A program made the translations under genes and the position numbers. A stretch of DNA of 10,038 nt from Ignavibacteria bacterium (GTDB lineage Bacteria > Elusimicrobiota > Endomicrobiia > PHAN01), in NCBI GenBank assembly GCA_041694835.1, contig JBGFRZ010000079.1:1-10038 (forward strand). The letters are read 5' to 3'. This document shows, one piece after another, positions 6,676 through 10,038 of this stretch (its first letter is position 1; each line of letters begins with the position of its first letter). The notes below the pieces were generated by a model that saw only the letters and a list, made by a program, of their open reading frames with translations, did no database searches and was not told the DNA's origin.

Positions 6676-7656
6676 GCGTTGTAAAGATTCCCGTATATCA
6701 ATTTTTGCAGGACAAACTTCTATACATCTCCCGCATCCACTACAGGCATAATTTCCAAAGTTTTTTTTTCGATAAATCATCTTACAATTATACAAATTTT
6801 GTAACCGCTGAAATTTTTCTTTTCTCGGGTTGGCGCCACCCGCTACACGGCCATAACCCGCCGATTGGCAGGAATCCCACGTGCGTATTTTACTATAAAA
6901 ATCTTTAGTCTCGCCAAGTAAAAAGCAATAACAACTTCCACACACGTATCTGCAGCCATCGCATTCCACGCAACTTTTTGCTATTTCATCTTTCCAAAGT
7001 TTTGAAACCATATTTTTTTCAACAGTCATCAATGGCTCTTCCCATTTGAATTTTTCATTTTGTTTTTTTACTTTTTCGGTTAAGTCTTTGCGATTTTTTT
7101 CTTTCTCATGGAGTTGTTGTTCAATCGCTTTTTGGAAAAGATTGGGAGATTGTCTTATGAGTTCTTCGCCGATATTTGAAACACAATCTACAACGTACCC
7201 TTCTTTTATGGGAGAAAGATTTATGTCGTAGTTTTTTTGGGGATATGGGGTGATGTCCATTTTAGTGCAGAAACAACTGAGCTTGCAATCTGTACAATCG
7301 GATGAAATTATAAGAGCGTCACTTCTTTTGTGTTTATAGAAATCATCGGCAAACATTCCTTCTAAAAATATTTTATCCGAAGTATTAAGTAAATGCAAAT
7401 CGCATGACTTGGGACCGACAATCGCTAACGGATGTGATTTAATGTCAGATAAAAACTCTTGCACGGGGAAGAAAAATTGTTTAATTGATGTTATGGAACG
7501 ATACTTGCCTATATTTATTAATCCAACCGTTTCAGTAGTGTAGCGATCCCAATAAAAATTTCCAGTTTCCTCTCTCAAAGCATAAATTGCTCTTGACGAA
7601 AGAAGTTTAAGCATGAATCTGTGTATGTTGTGATTATTAATAAAAAATTGGTTCAT
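6658..7656 (-). CDS. 4Fe-4S dicluster protein (AsrA / sulfhydrogenase beta HydB / FlxCD-like)
   Basis: 332 aa with KQFFFP, SCDL, C...CFC, CVECDGCRYVCGSCYC, RTWDSC and CSGCGRCIEVCP. Adjacent to its usual AsrB-type partner. Confidence 0.9.
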   Translation of the reverse strand: MNQFFINNHNIHRFMLKLLSSRAIYALREETGNFYWDRYTTETVGLINIGKYRSITSIKQFFFPVQEFLSDIKSHPLAIVGPKSCDLHLLNTSDKIFLEGMFADDFYKHKRSDALIISSDCTDCKLSCFCTKMDITPYPQKNYDINLSPIKEGYVVDCVSNIGEELIRQSPNLFQKAIEQQLHEKEKNRKDLTEKVKKQNEKFKWEEPLMTVEKNMVSKLWKDEIAKSCVECDGCRYVCGSCYCFLLGETKDFYSKIRTWDSCQSAGYGRVAGGANPRKEKFQRLQNLYNCKMIYRKKNFGNYACSGCGRCIEVCPAKIDIRESLQRITNDE

Positions 7657-8834
7657 ATACTAACGAAAGTTTGGTAAGTTTCTCTTGCCAGAAGGATTCC
7701 TGATGATCTGGAAAATACAAAGACCTTTATTTTGGAATCGTCAGAAGTTATCGTTGAATCTTTGGGAATACATTCATCATTTTTGAAATTGGCAATCAAT
7801 ATACCAAATTTTTCTAAATTTTCAAAAATTCTTTTTCTGATATATGGAATCCCTTCGGCGATTTTACCTGTTAATGATATAGCGTCTAATTCAGGCATCT
7901 GAAGCCAATAAGCCCCGATAAATTTCCTGATACTGTAAACGAACATATCAACGGCAAGTTTGCATCTTTTGTTTCCTTGAACAGCAAATTTTACAACTTC
8001 TTTTAAATCATCGCCTTCACCACAAACCCCTACAACACCACTCTCCTTAAACAAAATTCTCTCAACATCTTCAATACTCCATCCCATTTTAAGCAGATAG
8101 ATTACAACCGACGGGGATATATCCCCTGAACGAGTCGTCATCATAAGCCCTGATAGTGGTGTAAATCCCATTGAGGTGTCGGTAGATTTCCCCCTTTTTA
8201 TCATTGTAATGCTAGAGCCATCTCCCAAATAACAAGATATCATGTTGACTTCTGAAACAGTTTTATCAAGATATTGGGCGGTTTTTTCAAGCAGGTATTT
8301 ATGAGAAAGTCCGTGAAAGCCGTATCGTTTTATTTTGTAATCATTGTAAAATCTTTCAGGAATCGGGTATCTGTATGCGACTTCCGGCATCGTGGAATGA
8401 AAAGCGGTGTCAAATATCGCTATTTGTTTGATGGTCAGAAATTCTTTTATTGAGGCATCGATTATTTTTAAGTTGTAAGGATTGTGAATAAAAGCAATGT
8501 TTATGTCCTTGTAGATTTTTTGTTTCACCGCTTCATCAATAATTGTAGGTTTGTCAAAGTCCATACCATGAACCACTCTATGACCGGCCACTTCAATTTT
8601 TTCATACAAATTGTTCTTTTTTAAGACCTCAACTATGTTAACAAATGCTTCCTCGTGAGTTAAAGATTTTCTTATGGCTTTACTGAGCGGGGTGTCTTTT
8701 TTTCTAATGGTAATAACAGAGTTTTCCGTTCCGATACTATTGACATTTCCTTCTAATAGCAACACCTCTTCCGGCATCTCCCATACGGCAAAATCTATTG
8801 AGTTTATTCTTGAGTTAAATATTAGTATTTTCAT
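7653..8834 (-). CDS. ackA: Acetate kinase family protein with degenerate nucleotide-binding motifs
   Basis: GHRVVHG, HNP, FDTAFH, RYGFHGLSH and DTSMGFTPL.G....RSGD are present. I prefer the ATG at 8834 (MKILIFN, the usual AckA N-terminus, 393 aa). The ORF-track GTG at 8855 lies inside a repeat. ATGA overlap with the AsrA-like gene. Confidence 0.85.
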   Translation of the reverse strand: MKILIFNSRINSIDFAVWEMPEEVLLLEGNVNSIGTENSVITIRKKDTPLSKAIRKSLTHEEAFVNIVEVLKKNNLYEKIEVAGHRVVHGMDFDKPTIIDEAVKQKIYKDINIAFIHNPYNLKIIDASIKEFLTIKQIAIFDTAFHSTMPEVAYRYPIPERFYNDYKIKRYGFHGLSHKYLLEKTAQYLDKTVSEVNMISCYLGDGSSITMIKRGKSTDTSMGFTPLSGLMMTTRSGDISPSVVIYLLKMGWSIEDVERILFKESGVVGVCGEGDDLKEVVKFAVQGNKRCKLAVDMFVYSIRKFIGAYWLQMPELDAISLTGKIAEGIPYIRKRIFENLEKFGILIANFKNDECIPKDSTITSDDSKIKVFVFSRSSGILLARETYQTFVSI

Positions 8835-8849
8835 TTGATAGTAAAACTC

Positions 8850-8911
8850 AACCACGAATTACACGAATTTTACGAAGGTTTTTATTTGTTTAATTCATTC
8901 AATTCGTAGTT
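8850..8911. repeat. Inverted array of 9-mer tandem repeats (CACGAATTA)
   Basis: CACGAATTA CACGAATTT TACGAAGGT at 8853-8879 and degenerate inverted units TATTTGTTT AATTCATTC AATTCGTAG at 8883-8909. Outer ends 8850-8860 and 8901-8911 match at 10/11. Confidence 0.8.
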
Positions 8912-8965
8912 CTATTTTTAAACCCACTTCTACAACAAAACTTTAAAGAACCGTAATCGCTAAAG

Positions 8966-9907
8966 TTATAAAGTTTTCTTGGATAAATCGGAGATTATTT
9001 TTTTAAGAGTTTTTAAAGACTCTGGATGATAAACTACAACGATGTCCGCTCCGCTTTCTAAATACCCCGAACCACAGCAGATTTCCCAGAAGATTCCGCG
9101 TTTCTCAAAATCGCCCCATGACGGCATTTCCTCATTAGTAGTAATTGACTCCTTCAATTTCCAACACTCTACACCGACGAAGTTAATCATAGGCATAGAC
9201 ATCATTTTATCACCGCTTAACCCCGCCAGCCGTGTTCGTTCCATTATTGTATAGCAGTATTCATATCCGTAGCCCAATGCTCCCGTTGTCTGATGCATTA
9301 CTATTTTTTCCGTGGAAAAACCGGTGTCTGCAATAAGAATGTTGAGTTGTTTTGCGAGATTGATATCAAGAGGGGTCTCTGCTATTATTGAGTGTCCGTC
9401 TGCAAGTGCACTTATGGCGATTGTTTTATAGTTATCTTTTGTGGCCATACCAACCAATGCGTTTTTTCCTTTGATGGAAGCACTTACCGTAGGAAGTACC
9501 TCGGTATTTTTTTGCGTAGATTCGCATCCTAATACAATTATCGGAATTTCTATGGAATCAGCGATATTTTTTACTGTCTTTGCAACCTCCTCAGCACTTT
9601 TATTTTTTCCTTCCGGATGAGCGCCTGTCAACCTGATGCACAAAAATTCAGCGCCTAAATCCTGACATTTCACCGCCCATTTAACGGGGTCATTAAAGAC
9701 ATCCTGCCATTCCCTTTTTAAGGGTGCGGGCCAGTGTTCGGGAGCAACGTCGGATATTTCTATGGCGACTTTTGGAAAATTCGGAATGACGCCTTCTTCA
9801 TAAATAAAAGGCAATGCGTTCTGTCCTCCGATTTTTACAGACAAATCACCTGCGCCAAGGACAATTTCGTTAATCTTTGACTGCCATTTTTCAAGATGTT
9901 TTTCCAT
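8966..9907 (-). CDS. acsD: Corrinoid iron-sulfur protein small subunit / acetyl-CoA decarbonylase-synthase delta subunit
   Basis: 313 aa with IGGQNALPF, DPVKWAVKC, PLDINLAKQLN, TGALGYGYEY.Y..MER.RLA.L.GD and WE.......L.SGADI....HP, all AcsD/CdhD signatures. Confidence 0.95.
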   Translation of the reverse strand: MEKHLEKWQSKINEIVLGAGDLSVKIGGQNALPFIYEEGVIPNFPKVAIEISDVAPEHWPAPLKREWQDVFNDPVKWAVKCQDLGAEFLCIRLTGAHPEGKNKSAEEVAKTVKNIADSIEIPIIVLGCESTQKNTEVLPTVSASIKGKNALVGMATKDNYKTIAISALADGHSIIAETPLDINLAKQLNILIADTGFSTEKIVMHQTTGALGYGYEYCYTIMERTRLAGLSGDKMMSMPMINFVGVECWKLKESITTNEEMPSWGDFEKRGIFWEICCGSGYLESGADIVVVYHPESLKTLKKIISDLSKKTL

Positions 9908-9921
9908 ACAATTTTGAGATT

Positions 9922-10038
9922 ATGAGAGCGTTGAAAAACCCTCTTTAGTTCTTTGAAATAATTCTCGTCGGTAAATCCGACGATAAAACATTTGCATTTT
10001 CTCTCCGGAATTGCTATAATATTTCTGACGAAAACAAA
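9922..10038. mobile_element. Probable start of an IS/MITE-like element truncated by the window edge
   Basis: ATGAGAGCGTTGAAAAACCC (9922-9941) is an 18/20 inverted match to 107-126. Internal hairpin TCGTCGG-TAAAT-CCGACGA at 9965-9983. No convincing ORF. Confidence 0.45.

Noticed and set aside
5785-7656. Anaerobic sulfite reductase or group 3b sulfhydrogenase
   Set aside because: No siroheme AsrC and no HydD/HydA subunits are in the window, so only family-level calls are made.
1387-8911. CRISPR array or intrinsic terminator reading of the repeats
   Set aside because: Units are 7-9 nt with no unique spacers and there are no cas genes. The arms lack a compact GC stem with a U-tract and lie within an apparent operon.
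96-9254. All plus-strand ORFs in the track (96..425, 799..1203, 2541..2741, 3017..3229, 4291..4557, 4648..4899, 4880..5176, 4900..5094, 5353..5622, 6013..6375, 6705..6908, 7046..7231, 9042..9254)
   Set aside because: They are antisense shadows of well-supported minus-strand genes and have no recognisable motifs.
9839-10038. Open minus-strand frame entering from the right edge (FVFVRNIIAIPERK...)
   Set aside because: It overlaps acsD by about 70 nt, resembles no Acs or transposase sequence I recognise, and crosses the terminal-repeat-like motif.

Overview
AT-rich bacterial window almost completely filled by one tightly packed minus-strand cluster for anaerobic energy metabolism. In transcription order (right to left): acsD/cdhD (Wood-Ljungdahl corrinoid Fe-S protein small subunit), a degenerate acetate-kinase-like protein, an AsrA/HydB-like Fe-S protein, an AsrB/HydG-like FAD/NAD(P) protein, a stand-alone CBS protein, a HycB/CooF-like 4x[4Fe-4S] protein, and a group 4 [NiFe]-hydrogenase core (NuoH-like membrane, NuoB-like small, NuoC-like and large subunits). 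Two nucleotidyltransferase/toxin-antitoxin-like cassettes sit on either side of the small-subunit gene. Five gene junctions carry arrays of 7-nt or 9-nt tandem repeats followed by their inverted copies, each with a different repeat unit. The window ends carry an 18/20 inverted repeat pair that resembles IS/MITE termini. All assignments come from reading motifs by eye; no database searches were run.
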